In this document: positions 1 to 11,917 of the stretch, in pieces
Layout: each line of letters begins with the position of its first letter
Numbering within the stretch: position 1 is the first letter of the stretch
Assembly (NCBI RefSeq): GCF_009914755.1
Contig: NC_060928.1
Length of the DNA stretch: 64,000 nucleotides
DNA from: the human T2T-CHM13v2.0 reference genome, Homo sapiens
Reading direction: 5' to 3' (one strand)
Notes under the pieces: generated by a model
What the model was told of the DNA's origin: nothing
Database searches by the model: none
The model's input: only the letters and a program-made list of their open reading frames with translations
Program-made: the position numbers and the translations under genes

Positions 1-109
1 TGATCATTTGTATTTTATGCCTTTCTGGATTAAGAAAATTAAGTGTTAGCAAATGTTTTATTAAAAATAAAATTCTATGTATGCATTTAGGGCATTTGCA
101 TTTACTAGA

Positions 110-177
110 TTTTTTCTTTTTTTTTTTTTTTGAGACGGAGTCCCACTCTGTCACCCAGGCTGGAGTGCAGTGGTGCA
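110..177 (-). mobile_element. Severely 5'-truncated Alu (3' end plus poly-A)
   Basis: Poly-T then gagacggagtcccactctgtcacccaggctggagtgcagtggtgca, then unrelated sequence. Confidence 0.85.
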
Positions 178-682
178 AAATTATCTTTTGTAGCTTCCAA
201 ACAGCATTTTGAAATAAGCATGGTAGGATTTTCTGTTTTTCCCTCTTTGGTAGATAAAGTTACTAGGAGGCTTAGAGAGGTTTCATGACTTACTTATTAC
301 CTCCCAGCTCATAATTTACCATGTTGGGCCGAGACTCTGGGCAAAATCTTATATTATGATCAGAAAGATTTGAGTTCATGTTCTTTCTCTGGAGAATGCG
401 ATGAGCATTAGATGAGATGCATGTCAAAGTCCTTAGCGTGATCTCTGGCTCACAATCTTCCACACATCTGAATTATCCTTCTTTCTAGAGGTAGGGCCAT
501 GATGCTACCAGTCATAAGAGTCACCTCCTACCAGTCATAAGAGTCACCTCCCATCCACCTCAGTGAGCTTGACCTGCTCTTTCCCTAATAAGATGGCCTG
601 GGGGACAGGAGATGGGGCAGTTTCTAGCTGGTTAGGAAGAGCCCTACACATGTTTGTGTCACAATGTCCAGTCTTTACTCAC

Positions 683-789
683 TCTTTCCAACCTCGTCTG
701 TGTGTTCCAGGTCGGCTGTCCAATGGAGATAGAGGTCCTGGTGTCTAACGGAAGGGGAGTGTCCATTGCAACCTTGAAATAGTGTGTAT
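683..789 (-). CDS. CLNK: CLNK internal coding exon (107 nt, probably exon 7), (D)THYFKVAMDTPLPLDTRTSISIGQPTWNTQTRLER
   Basis: Minus strand tttttctgtttgcatag|ATACACAC...GAAAGA|gtgagt; phase 1 to 0; open frame continuous with previous exon. Confidence 0.95.
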
Positions 790-1164
790 CTATGCAAACA
801 GAAAAATATGAAAGTCATACCTTACGTGGACTCAGCACATTACAATTTACAAAGTATTTGCACATCTACAAACTCATTGGATCATTACAACGTAAGTAAG
901 AGCAAGCAATTCTGCTTTCATTTAACAGAGTAGGAGACTGACGTATGCAGAGAAGAAATTGCTCATCTCAGTGCACACAAAAAAATGCCAAAGTTTGAAC
1001 CTGAATATTCTTCATTTTCTCATTCACCTTAGAAATTCTATAAATCTTACAAAATTTTGGCTATGCCATGCCCTTTAAAAATCTTACTAGATCCCACCCA
1101 GTCACACCCCATGCCAGCTCTCCTTTCTATATTACACACTTAGCATATTCTATCACATTCATCG

Positions 1165-1310
1165 GTTGAGCTGCTGGTTTCTGCCACTAGATTGCACCTT
1201 CCTGAGGGTATGGATCCTGCATTGTTTGTCTTTGTGTCCCCCAGTCAATCCCAACATGGAAACTGGCACGTAGTAGATGCTCAATGAATGCTTACTGAAT
1301 GAATGAACAA
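1165..1310 (+). mobile_element. L2 3' end fragment
   Basis: ggcacgtagtagatgctcaatgaatg...tgaatgaatgaa tail typical of L2; limits approximate. Confidence 0.6.
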
Positions 1311-1719
1311 GAAAAGTCATCATCATTTACAAGATGACTTTCTCCAAATACACTTCTATAGATTCACTTTAGTGGTTCAGGCCCTCAGAAATTGTGAATA
1401 CTTCCTCTTTCCCCTTACAATAGGGTGCTTTATCTCAAGGAACTTGCTGAAGCTGCCCTTTGTGCCACAGTTAGAGACAGAGGTGGGTGTGAAATTATGT
1501 CCTCTTATTCTTAACAATTGCAGCTTTGCTGCCATGCCCTGCTGACGCTCTTAGGCTGGCTGGCTGCACAATGAATTAACCAAGTTAAAAAGTCTTTTTT
1601 TTTTCATTCTACTCCCCTCTATGCAGACCTCATTTAACATTTCCCATGCTGCTGCATCCCTGCTTGTCCACCCTCCGTTATGCTCATCATTGTTCCTAGG
1701 GCTCAAGGAGAGCATCGTG

Positions 1720-1960
1720 ATAATAACAGCTGAGAGTTACAGATCTCTGGCTTGGTACCAGGTCCTCTGGTGAGAACTCAACATGCGTCATTCACATAAT
1801 CTTCAAAAGAGCCCTCTGGGTCAACTTCTATTATTATGAACCCTGTTTTCAGAAAGAGAAAGTGGATTGGAGAGACTTTCTCAAGGTCACACAGCTAGTA
1901 AGTCATGGGGGCAGACGTTAACCTAGGGTTGTTTAATTCAGAAACCGCACCTTTAAATAG
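1720..1960 (-). mobile_element. MIR
   Basis: Core tcaaggtcacacagctagtaagt plus taataacagct end; limits approximate. Confidence 0.65.
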
Positions 1961-2020
1961 TGTGCAATATGGTGGCATGTACATGCATCTTCTTATTTCA
2001 GGCAGACCCCCAAACGTTAC

Positions 2021-2162
2021 CTGCATATTCAGATTCCTTTATAGGCCGGGCTGGTAAAATTTTAATCGACTGCCATGTCTCTTCCATCCGAAGCTCAGGG
2101 TCATCATAGTCATCATCACTGTGGCCTTTTGCTCCATCCAGGACTGCAGCAAAGTTTCTTTC
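2021..2162 (-). CDS. CLNK: CLNK internal coding exon (142 nt, probably exon 6), ERNFAAVLDGAKGHSDDDYDDPELRMEETWQSIKILPARPIKESEYA(D), with acidic tyrosine motifs DDDYDDP and ESEYAD
   Basis: Minus strand cacctgcttag|GAAAGAAAC...TATGCAG|gtaacg; 47 codons +1 nt; DYxxP and LPARPI..EYAD motifs typical of SLP-76/BLNK family. Confidence 0.97.
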
Positions 2163-2520
2163 CTAAGCAGGTGGTAACATTCCAGTGAGTCAAAGGAAGG
2201 TACAATGTTGACAAAGACAGGCTACAGTGCTGGCTAGAGAAATGGGGTAGACCTTCTTAGCTGCAAGTTAAATATTTAAGAATCTAGGGTCTGGGATCTT
2301 AAATAGAAGTTTAATTCTTGTGCTAGTGAGAATTCTAAAGATATCTCCCAATATTCTCATCTCTGGTTACTGAATCAATACTAATCTAGGTACTGCTGTG
2401 AAGGGACAGTGCAGATGTAATGAAGGTCACTAATCAGCTGACCTTAAAATAGGCAGATTGTCCTGGATTACCTGGGTGGGCCCAATGTAATCACATGAAC
2501 CCTTAGAAGCAGAAAGAGGA

Positions 2521-4548
2521 CTTACTTGCAAATAAGATAATCTTGTATTTGAAGAATTCACTAAAAAATTATTAGAACTAATAAATAATTCCTCAAGGTG
2601 GCAGGATACAGGATTAATATACCAAATTCAGTTGTATTTCTATATGCTAGTAATGACAATTTATATTTCTATAAATTAGTAATAACAAATTGAAAATAGA
2701 AATTAAGAAAATGGGCTAGGTGCAGTGGCTCATGCTTGTAATCCCAGCGCTTTGGGAGGCTGAGGTAGGAGGATTGCTGGAGGCTAGGAGTTTGAGAACA
2801 GCCTGGGCAACAGAGTGAGACCTCATCTGTACAAAAATGTTTTAAAAAAGAAAACGATTATATTAGCAATAGCATCAAGGAGAATAAAATATATGGAAAT
2901 ACATTTAACAAAAGAAGTGCAAAATTTGTACACTGAAAACTGCAAAAACACTGTTGATAGTAATTTCAGAAGACCTAAATAAATGGAAAGATGACTAATG
3001 ATCATGGATTGGGAGACTTAATCTTGTTAAAATAGAAATACTTTGCAAATTAACACACTGATTTATTTTGCAGAAATTGACAAGATAATCCTAAAATTCT
3101 TAAGAAAATAAGAAGAACCAAGAATAGCCAAAACAATCTTGGGAAAAAAAAAAAAAAAAAAGATAAAGTTGGAGGACTAACACTTATTTCAAAAGTTACT
3201 ACATAGATGCAGTAATCAAGACAATGTGGTATTGGTAGTAAGATAGATGTGCGGATAATTGGAATATAATTGAGGGTCCAGAAATAAACCTTCACACTGA
3301 GGGTTAATTGATTTTTAAGAAGTGTACTAAGACAATACAATGGGTGGAAAGAATAGTCTTTCAACAGATAGTCCTAGGACAACTGGATATCCACATGCAT
3401 GGCAGTGAGGCTGAACCTCTTTTTTATATCATATGCAAAAATTAAGTGCAAATGGGCCTTGAATATAAATTTAACAGCTAAAACTATAAAATCCTTAAAA
3501 TATTGGAGTAAATCTTCATTTCTTGGCTTAGGCAATGATTACTTAGATAGAACAAAAAAATACAAGCAATAAAAGAAATAGATAAATTGGACTTAATTAA
3601 AATGAAAATCTTGTGTGCTTCAAAAGACCACAAAAAATAAAAAGGCAACTGTGGAATGAAGAAAATATTTGCAAATCATGTATCTGATAAGGAGCTTAAA
3701 TCCAGAGTATATGAAAAACTCTTACAATGCAATGATCTAAGGATAAATAACCAAATTTTAAAGTGGGAAAAGGATATGAATGGATGTTTCTTCAAAGAAG
3801 ATATGCAAACCATCAATAATCCCATGGAGAGATGCTCAATATCATTAGCCATTAGGAAAATGCAACTCAAAAGCACAATGAGATGTCAGCCATACAACAC
3901 CAAGATGATTTAAAAAAAGACAGAAAATAATCAGGGCTGACAAGAATGTGGAGAATTTGAGGATCTCATGCATTGCTGATGGGAATGTAACAGGGTACAG
4001 CTGCTGCAGAAAATGCTTTGGCAGTTCCTCAAAAGGTTAAACACAGAGCTACCATATAATCCAGCAACTCCACATTCACACAAAAACTAGCACATGTTTA
4101 TAGCAGTATTTTTCTTAATAGTAAAAAAGTGGAAATAACCCAAGTATCCATGAACTACTGCATAGGTAATAAAGTGTTGTATAGTCACACAATGGAATAT
4201 TATTCAGCAATGAAAACGAGTAAAGTACTGATATATGCTATAACATGGATAAGCCTTGATAATATTACGTTAAATGAAAGAAGGGAGTCATATACAAAAT
4301 GGAATGTTGCATGATTCTGTTTATATGAAATGTCTGGAAGAGGAGGATCTATAGATAAAGAGTAGATTAATATTTGCCAAGGTCTGGGGGAAGGGGGGAC
4401 TGGGTTTCATTTTGAGATGATAAAAATATATTGATTGGAGTGATGGTTATGCAACTCTGTGAATATACAAAAAAACCATTAAATTGTACTCATAAAATGC
4501 GTAAATTGAATGGCAGGTAGATTTTATCTCAGAAAAACCTGTTTTAAA
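2521..4548 (+). mobile_element. Old 5'-truncated L1 (L1MB-like): ORF2 C-terminal remnant and 3' UTR
   Basis: Decayed ORF2 peptides (KIFANHVSDK, HTMEYYSAMK); flanked by aagcagaaagagga / aagcagaagagga. Confidence 0.85.
2714..2850 (+). mobile_element. FLAM_C/Alu left monomer inside the L1
   Basis: ggctaggtgcagtggctcatgcttgtaatccc...gagacctcatctgtacaaaaa; flanks aagaaaatg/aagaaaacg. Confidence 0.8.
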
Positions 4549-5282
4549 AAGCAGAAGAGGAAGTCAGAGAAAGGAAGTAGACAAGAAAGAAAGAGAGATC
4601 TGGCAGAAGGACAATTTAGATAGAGGAGTCCAAGAGTAGAAGGATTTGACAACAGCCAGCCAGCAGGGACATGGGGACCACAGTCCTACAACAGAAAGGA
4701 ACTGGATTCTATGAAACAACCTGAAAGAATCTGGAAGCAAGTTCCTCTTCAGAGCCCCTGGAGGAGAATGCAGCCCTGCCAGCATGTTGCTTTCAGTCTT
4801 GTGAGACCCAGAACAGGGGAACTAGTTGAGCCATGCTGTGCCCAGACTTCTGATTGCATCCACTGTGCGATAATAAATGGTCAAGCTGCCAAATCTGTGG
4901 GGATGTGACATCACAGCAATGGAAAACAAATGCAATTATTTGGGTCTTTACTGTGAAGGGTGGGGCCTCAAGAAGTGACACCACTCTCTGTATATTGTCT
5001 TAAAATGTGACACTATCACAGTAAAAGCAACTGCAATGTGAAATTTTGTGCTAAAGCTGACACCATCATTTTTGAAATTCTAGTTCATTCGATCAGGTTT
5101 AGGTGTGAGAATTTAGGTAAAATGTATAGTCAAGAAAATTCTGTGGGTTCATATTCCCCCAGCCACCTCCTCCCCAAGTGAATTGGCCAAGACTGCCCTT
5201 TTTTTTTTTTTTTTTTGGTCATTTTTCCATTCCTGAAATGGAGCCAGGAGACCAGGTTACAGACCATTGGTACTGCACAACA

Positions 5283-5596
5283 TTTGAGGGTGGGGTTCTT
5301 ATCTGATAGGATTAGTGTTCTTATAAGAAGAGACACCAGAGAGTTCTCTCTCTCTCTTTCTCTGGGTTTCTCCCTCTCTCTCCCCACCCGTCCCCAAATG
5401 CACACACTGAGGAAAGGCCATGTGAGCACACAGGGAGAGGGTAGTCATTTGCATCCCAAGGGGATAGTTCTCGCCAACCCTACTGGCACTTTGGTCTTGG
5501 ACTTCTGGTCTTCAGAGTCATGAGAAAATAAACCTCTGTTGTTTGAGCCATCCAGTTTATGGCATATTGTTATGGCAACACTAGAAGACTAACACA
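5283..5596 (+). mobile_element. MaLR LTR fragment (MLT1A/MST-like)
   Basis: ggattagtgttcttataagaagagac ... aaaataaacctctgttgtttgagcc ... gactaacaca. Confidence 0.7.
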
Positions 5597-7311
5597 GGCA
5601 CCTATCAAAGGCTCTGGGTCTGAACACTAGACTGGCAGGAATGGACACCAGTCTGCAACAGATGCACTCACACACAATGGTCATTATAGGAATTCTGGAA
5701 TGTGCTCCTCCGCATTAAAATCTGCAGCCGGCATCATGTTATGTGTAAGCACAGACATGACTCTTGATCTTGCATTCTTGGAAAGGTTACTTAAGCTCCC
5801 TGACTGAGATGTTCAATCTGTAAATTGGAGATGACTAAACCCACCTTATCTTGTTGTTGTTCATTGAGAAAATGTATCTCAAGTCTCTACTTTGGTATCT
5901 ATTCCACAGCAGGAACTCAGTACCTGTTGGATCTTTTTTCTCTAGGTGATGTGCTGAGCCATAGGTAGAGCCCAGTACCCAGGACAAAGCAAAGCAAAGC
6001 TGCTAGTATGTGTACTCCAGGAAGTTTCACCATTGACACAGTAAAGGGAGAGAAGGTGTCTCGGTTCTGGAACTGTACACCCAGTGAGCTCTCAGCTGGA
6101 GCTCGGGCAGGAGAATCCTTTGGGGATTTGACAGATGGGTATTTGTGCAAAGGTGCCATTTACATACTGTTACGGCCATCACCAAGGCTCTCTAGGGCAT
6201 AGCCTCTTGGGGGAAGTCTTGGACCTGCTGGAAGAACTGGGATGTGAGCCTGAACCCATTTTCCAACTTTCCACCCAATACCTTTGCTAGACTTGGTAGA
6301 GTCAGGACATGATAAGAAGGCTGGGAAGAACAACCATCACTCCAGGTAAGAAGAGACTTTTGCCCCCAGGAGTAAATGTAAGTGTTTTGGTGTACTTCTT
6401 TAGAGAGAGAGAGAGGAAGAGAGAGAAAGAGACATTTGTTTTAAATATAGAGTTATATCTATTTATCTATTAATGTATTATCTATTTTCTAACAATTTCA
6501 AGGAGTCTTAACTAGAGGTTCAATATTCTTTACCCATGAACCTTTTAATTTTTACAATTTTTGTGTGTGCGTGTGTGTGTATGTATATGTGTGTTTGTAT
6601 GTTTCTGGGTAAGGGTCCATAAGCTTTAGTTAGATTCTTAAAGAGCTACCTCAAACAGTAAAGAGTCAATGAGTTTATGAACAGAATCAATCAGTCAATC
6701 AATCAATCATACATCTGCCTATCTAATCTATAGATATGCAAGTGAAAACTATTTAAATTATATACCTATACATTTGCTTGTAATAAAATATATTGAATTA
6801 ATGTTATAAATTTTAATCTTTTTCTCTAGTTGTTAAAATTATTTGTAAATATTGCAAATGATTTCATAAAATGGATGTATCAAGATGCAGTTACTTTTGT
6901 ATTACTGAATACTTAGCATAATTCAAATGTGCTGCCATTTAAAATATATTATAAAATCTGTGAATATGTTTAAGTATCAGTACATATTTTAGATTAGCTT
7001 TTTAAACTCCCAAGAATGGAATTATTGGGCTAAAAATGGGTATTTTAATGTTGCTTACTTGATATTATGAAATTGCTCTCTGGAAAGTTTATTTCAATTT
7101 AAAATTTTACTATGAGTGTTAGGAAGTGTGCTTCTCATAACGCACTTGCCGGCACAGTGTATTGGTATTTTCACTTTATTCAGCCTTCACAATGACCATG
7201 TTAATTAATTTTTATTTCCATTTTATAGCTGAGGAATTGGAATATAGTTTTACACCCAAGAATTAAAATGCAGTTTTTCTTGCCAGGAAAGTATGCCACT
7301 TGGAAAAGTAT

Positions 7312-7643
<332 letters not shown>

Positions 7644-7748
7644 TGTTACTGTTGATTTTTAAACATTTTACCCAGTATCTTGAATCAAATTCACCTGCTT
7701 TGCAATATTAAAGACGTATAAAATAGATAAGGGAAGCAGCTGACTTAC

Positions 7749-7786
7749 CCAGTCTAGAAGAGGCTTGTTCATCCTCTGGTACTGGC
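7749..7786 (-). CDS. CLNK: CLNK internal coding exon (38 nt, probably exon 5), (G)QYQRMNKPLLDW
   Basis: Minus strand tttgtgttggcag|GCCAGTAC...GACTGG|gtaagt; phase 1 to 0; peptide visible inside ORF-track entry 7668..8009. Confidence 0.95.
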
Positions 7787-8741
7787 CTGCCAACACAAAC
7801 AGACCGAGTGTTATTTTAATCACTGTGGTAGCTCCAAACATCAAAAAGACTGGGCCCTTGTTTTTCTCCAGAAATCTTTTGTCAGTTTTAATTAACTTAC
7901 CTTGATTGTGATTTTTCAAAACTAAAGTGCATTTTTCTTTATTTCCCATTCTACCTGTTGCTCTTGCAAAACAGGACAAAGAAACAGGAGAAAAGGAAGC
8001 AGAATTCAAATCAAACAGTGACTTGGAGGTAAGAAACTTTATCTCTACTGTAGCAGGTCAAAATTCCTGTTGCTAGAGAAACATAATATGAGAAGATCTC
8101 TCACAGCAATTGCTCCCGAAGTCTTGAGTCAGCAGCAGCTCAGCTAATGATGAGGTTTATTTTCCCTTCTCTTCCCCCACAAGGCACAGCATGTTGCAAT
8201 TGCAATAATCTGTCCATACATCTGTCTCCTGAATAGACTATAAGTATTTTGAGGACAGAAGTCATAGCTATTCATTCATCTATTTCTAGCACCTGGCATA
8301 AGACCCCGTATTGAACAATTGAGTTATGGACCAGGTGTTTGTTGAATGAAAACACAGCAGTTGCCTTTTCTCAGCACTCAACACTCTTATTTGGGCTTGT
8401 TTTATGAAAGATTGCCTGGGGTCATTGAGCCCACTCAGTATTCTATGTTTAAAATTTTACCCTCAGATTATGCAAAATCACTGCAGATTTTTTCATTCTT
8501 CATAAACTTTATTTTCCTAAATTGTATTGTAGTTTCCTGCTATTAGCCTGCATCAGGGAGCATTTGAAACAATTTTTTAAAAATTTCCTTTTTTAAATTA
8601 AATTCTCTTTATTAGCACATATGTGAGAAGTTTCAGGTCTCAGGAGCAGAAGCTGCATGCTTCCTAGCAACTGGTTTGCTTTGATTTAAGGATATTTCCC
8701 TTCTTCCTTTGGCTGCCAAGAAATTCAGGATAAATTTCTGA

Positions 8742-9209
<468 letters not shown>

Positions 9210-10379
9210 TAATTGTATCAGCATGCCCAAATCTTTTCTAAGGTGTAATGTACAAATTAATGCAAATTTGGCTCAGTGGAAACACAGTTCTCTGGAATTT
9301 GCCTAGGACCAGTACATATGGGAAGTGTTAATGAGACAGAGCTAATCTCCTTGAAATAATGAGCTGGGAGGAACAGAATCCTGCCTACACCTGCCCCTGG
9401 TCCCAGCCCATCCTTGGGGTTGGATAGCAGCTCTAGGGCACTGATGACACCTTCCTGACCCAGCACAATTACATCCCCACTGAGATCCCTGGCAGAGAAA
9501 CCAACACGTTTTCCAGCCCTTTAGAGCAGCAATTTGTACTCTCTCATGAATCGAGTTAAATTAATAAGGTCACCCATTAAAGACCAGCTGGCCCGGAGGG
9601 AGCAAATGAGCTCAGAATTATTGGGGATCTGCTCTGGCCCTCGTTATCGAGGAAAACAACTCCACTGTTTAATTCAGGGTTCAATATAATTTCATTTTAG
9701 AAAATTGGCCTCAAGGAGTGCGGTCATGATACTGACATCTTCTTGGGGAGCTGCGGGGTCTCCTTTCTCACCAGAGGCGAGCGTTCCAGCCTGAGACTCT
9801 CCCAGATTCCCCAAATACGCTTCATGCCCCTTCTGTGTCTGTGGGTGCAGACCCTGCCTGGAGCCTCTTCTCCCTCTCACCTCCCCTTTGCTTCCCAAAT
9901 GCTCATCATCCTTTCAGATCCCATTTCTCTGCTTTTCTCTCTGACTACTCCAGGCCACATCAATCTCACTGAATTGTTAACGCATATGTTTTCTGTCTCA
10001 CTCACCATGACATTTAAATACGAATAGGCAGGATCTGATTACTTTTTTGTTGTGTGTTCTTTAGGGAAGGAATTGCCTTTTATCTCTCAGTCTCCTAGAG
10101 TACCTATCTGTGTCATCAGTGCAGAGTTTTGGAAAATGCAATTTTAAAGCCTGATCCTAACACCGTGCATCAGTTCATGTCACTCATGGCCCATGTCATA
10201 CAGACTAGGTGCCCTGTGTGGCCCCCAGAGCTCAGCACAACCTGCCCCACCCTGCTCTCTGACCTCATCCCTTTTCAGCCTCTTCTCTCCTGGACCAAAC
10301 TGTAGTCAGGCTACCTTGAACTCTCTTCTCTGTGAGGCCCTACCTTGTGGGATTCCATATTCATTTCTGCATTGTCCAA

Positions 10380-11245
10380 TTTTTGCAAGACTCCTGCTCA
10401 GTCAGTTTAGCCAGAATCTCCCATTCTCCATGTCTGATCAGCCTCCATATCTCATCCAATCAGGGCCCTCCTCTGCCACCTTCCTCTGGTGATGTCTGAT
10501 CACCCTGGTCTGCCTTCCGCAAGAACATTTCAGGTCAGTTTAGCCGGAAACCACCTCTGCCCCCGCCCTTTCCCTTACCCCTGAGGTTTCCTCTTTGTAA
10601 TTTTCCTTTCCCAGACCCTCACGCCACTCCCTTTAAGGGAGGAGACCACCCCTCATATTGTCTTATGCCCAATATCTGCCTCCAAAGAAAGAAGTAAAAA
10701 CTAAAAGGCAGAAATGAAATCCACAGGCAGACAGCCTGGCGTTGCACCCTGGGCCTGGTTAAAGATTGACCCCTGACCTAACCGCTTATGTTATCTATAG
10801 ATTCCAGACATTGTATGGAAAAGCATTGTGAAAATCCCTGTCCTGTTCTGTTCCGTTCTGATTACTGGTGCATGCAACCCCCAGTCATGTACCCCCTGCT
10901 TGCTCAGTCAATCACGACCCTCTCACGCGGACCCCCTTAGAGTTGTAAGCCCTTGAAAGGGACAGGAATTGCTCACTTGGGGAGCTCGGTTGTTGGAGAC
11001 GTGAGTCTTGCCAAAGCTCCTGGCAGAATAGAGCCCTTCCTTCTTTAACTCGGTGTCTGAGGGGTTTTGTCTGCAGCTTGTCCTGCTACACCTTGGCTAT
11101 AAATTTCCACTTGTCCGTATTGTATTCTGAGTTGAGCCCAGTCTCTCCCGTACTGCACTCATTGTGGTAATCCCGTACCTATCTCCATTGTCTGGAATAA
11201 AGCCTGTCTCAGCATTCTGCAATAAGAATCATGAAACTCTTCCTT
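10380..11245 (+). mobile_element. ERV1 MER39/MER34-like LTR interrupted by LTR2
   Basis: Repeated gtcagtttagcc and tgtctgatca motifs before the insertion; resumes ccttggctataaatttccacttg...gagttgagccc...aataaag after it. 5' limit approximate. Confidence 0.65.
10634..11090 (+). mobile_element. LTR2 (HERV-E/Harlequin) solo LTR, 457 bp
   Basis: Starts taagggaggagaccacccctcatattgtc, ends gtcctgctaca as in recalled LTR2 consensus; 4-bp TSD cctt at 10630-10633 and 11091-11094. Confidence 0.9.
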
Positions 11246-11699
11246 TACCTCTTTCTCACCTCCGACTTCAGCTGCTTCAGCCAGCCTCTCCTTGAGTCTG
11301 CCAGCACACCCAGCTCACGCTACTTCAGGAGCTTGCACACACCATCCCTCTGTCTAGAGCCCTCTTTTCTTGGCTCTGCCCATGCCTGGATCTTTGTCCA
11401 CCATCCAACTGTGTCTGAAATGTCATCTCCCCTGGAGGGGTCTTCCCTGACTACCGGTGTCAAGCAAAAATTAAAGAGCGCCTCTCCAGCGCTGTTCCTC
11501 ACCACTCCTGGCACCTGGTATGGCAGTGAGAATGCTGCACACACGTGCACACCAGGCCTGTCTCCTTTCCCTGTGGTGCTTGGCTGGCGTACATATCTCT
11601 CCTTCCCCTGCACTGGGCAGGTGGGTGGGCATGGCGTGGATCTCCCAGCCCTGGGGCGTTGGCTGTGATGGACTCTAGGTTGCCCTACTTGACCTTCTA

Positions 11700-11917
11700 T
11701 GCTCTTGTTCTTGCCTTGATAGCTGGGCAGAGACCCCAAGGCCCATGGGGATGATGGAAGCTGTTGGGTAAAAGGGAAGTGAATCACAATGACTGTTTGG
11801 AAAAAGCCTTCCTTTGATCCACATTGGATTGTGATGTGAGGAAGAAATAAACCTTTATTATATTCCACTAACATTTGTAGTTTATTCATTATAGATGGTA
11901 GTCCTCCCTGATTAAGA
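11700..11917 (+). mobile_element. Old MLT1 LTR 3' fragment
   Basis: gatgtgaggaagaaataaacctttatt...ctgattaagac; highly diverged. Confidence 0.45.

Larger units (their letters stand above)
2319..4934 (+). mobile_element. MaLR MLT1E/F-like solo LTR split by an L1 (halves 2319-2520 and 4549-4934)
   Basis: tg...ca ends, ggattacctgggtgggcccaatgtaatcac and aataaat...cagcaatggaaaac motifs; flanks attct/attat. Confidence 0.75.

Noticed and set aside
3656-4314. ORFs resembling L1 ORF2
   Set aside because: Broken remnants of an old truncated L1; not functional.
5775-5783. Perfect STAT5-type GAS site TTCTTGGAA in a cytokine-induced gene
   Set aside because: Single 9-mer in MIR-like context; expected by chance in 64 kb.
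11320-11889. Longest ORF (189 aa, minus)
   Set aside because: No recognisable domain, overlaps decayed LTR sequence, no supporting exon structure.
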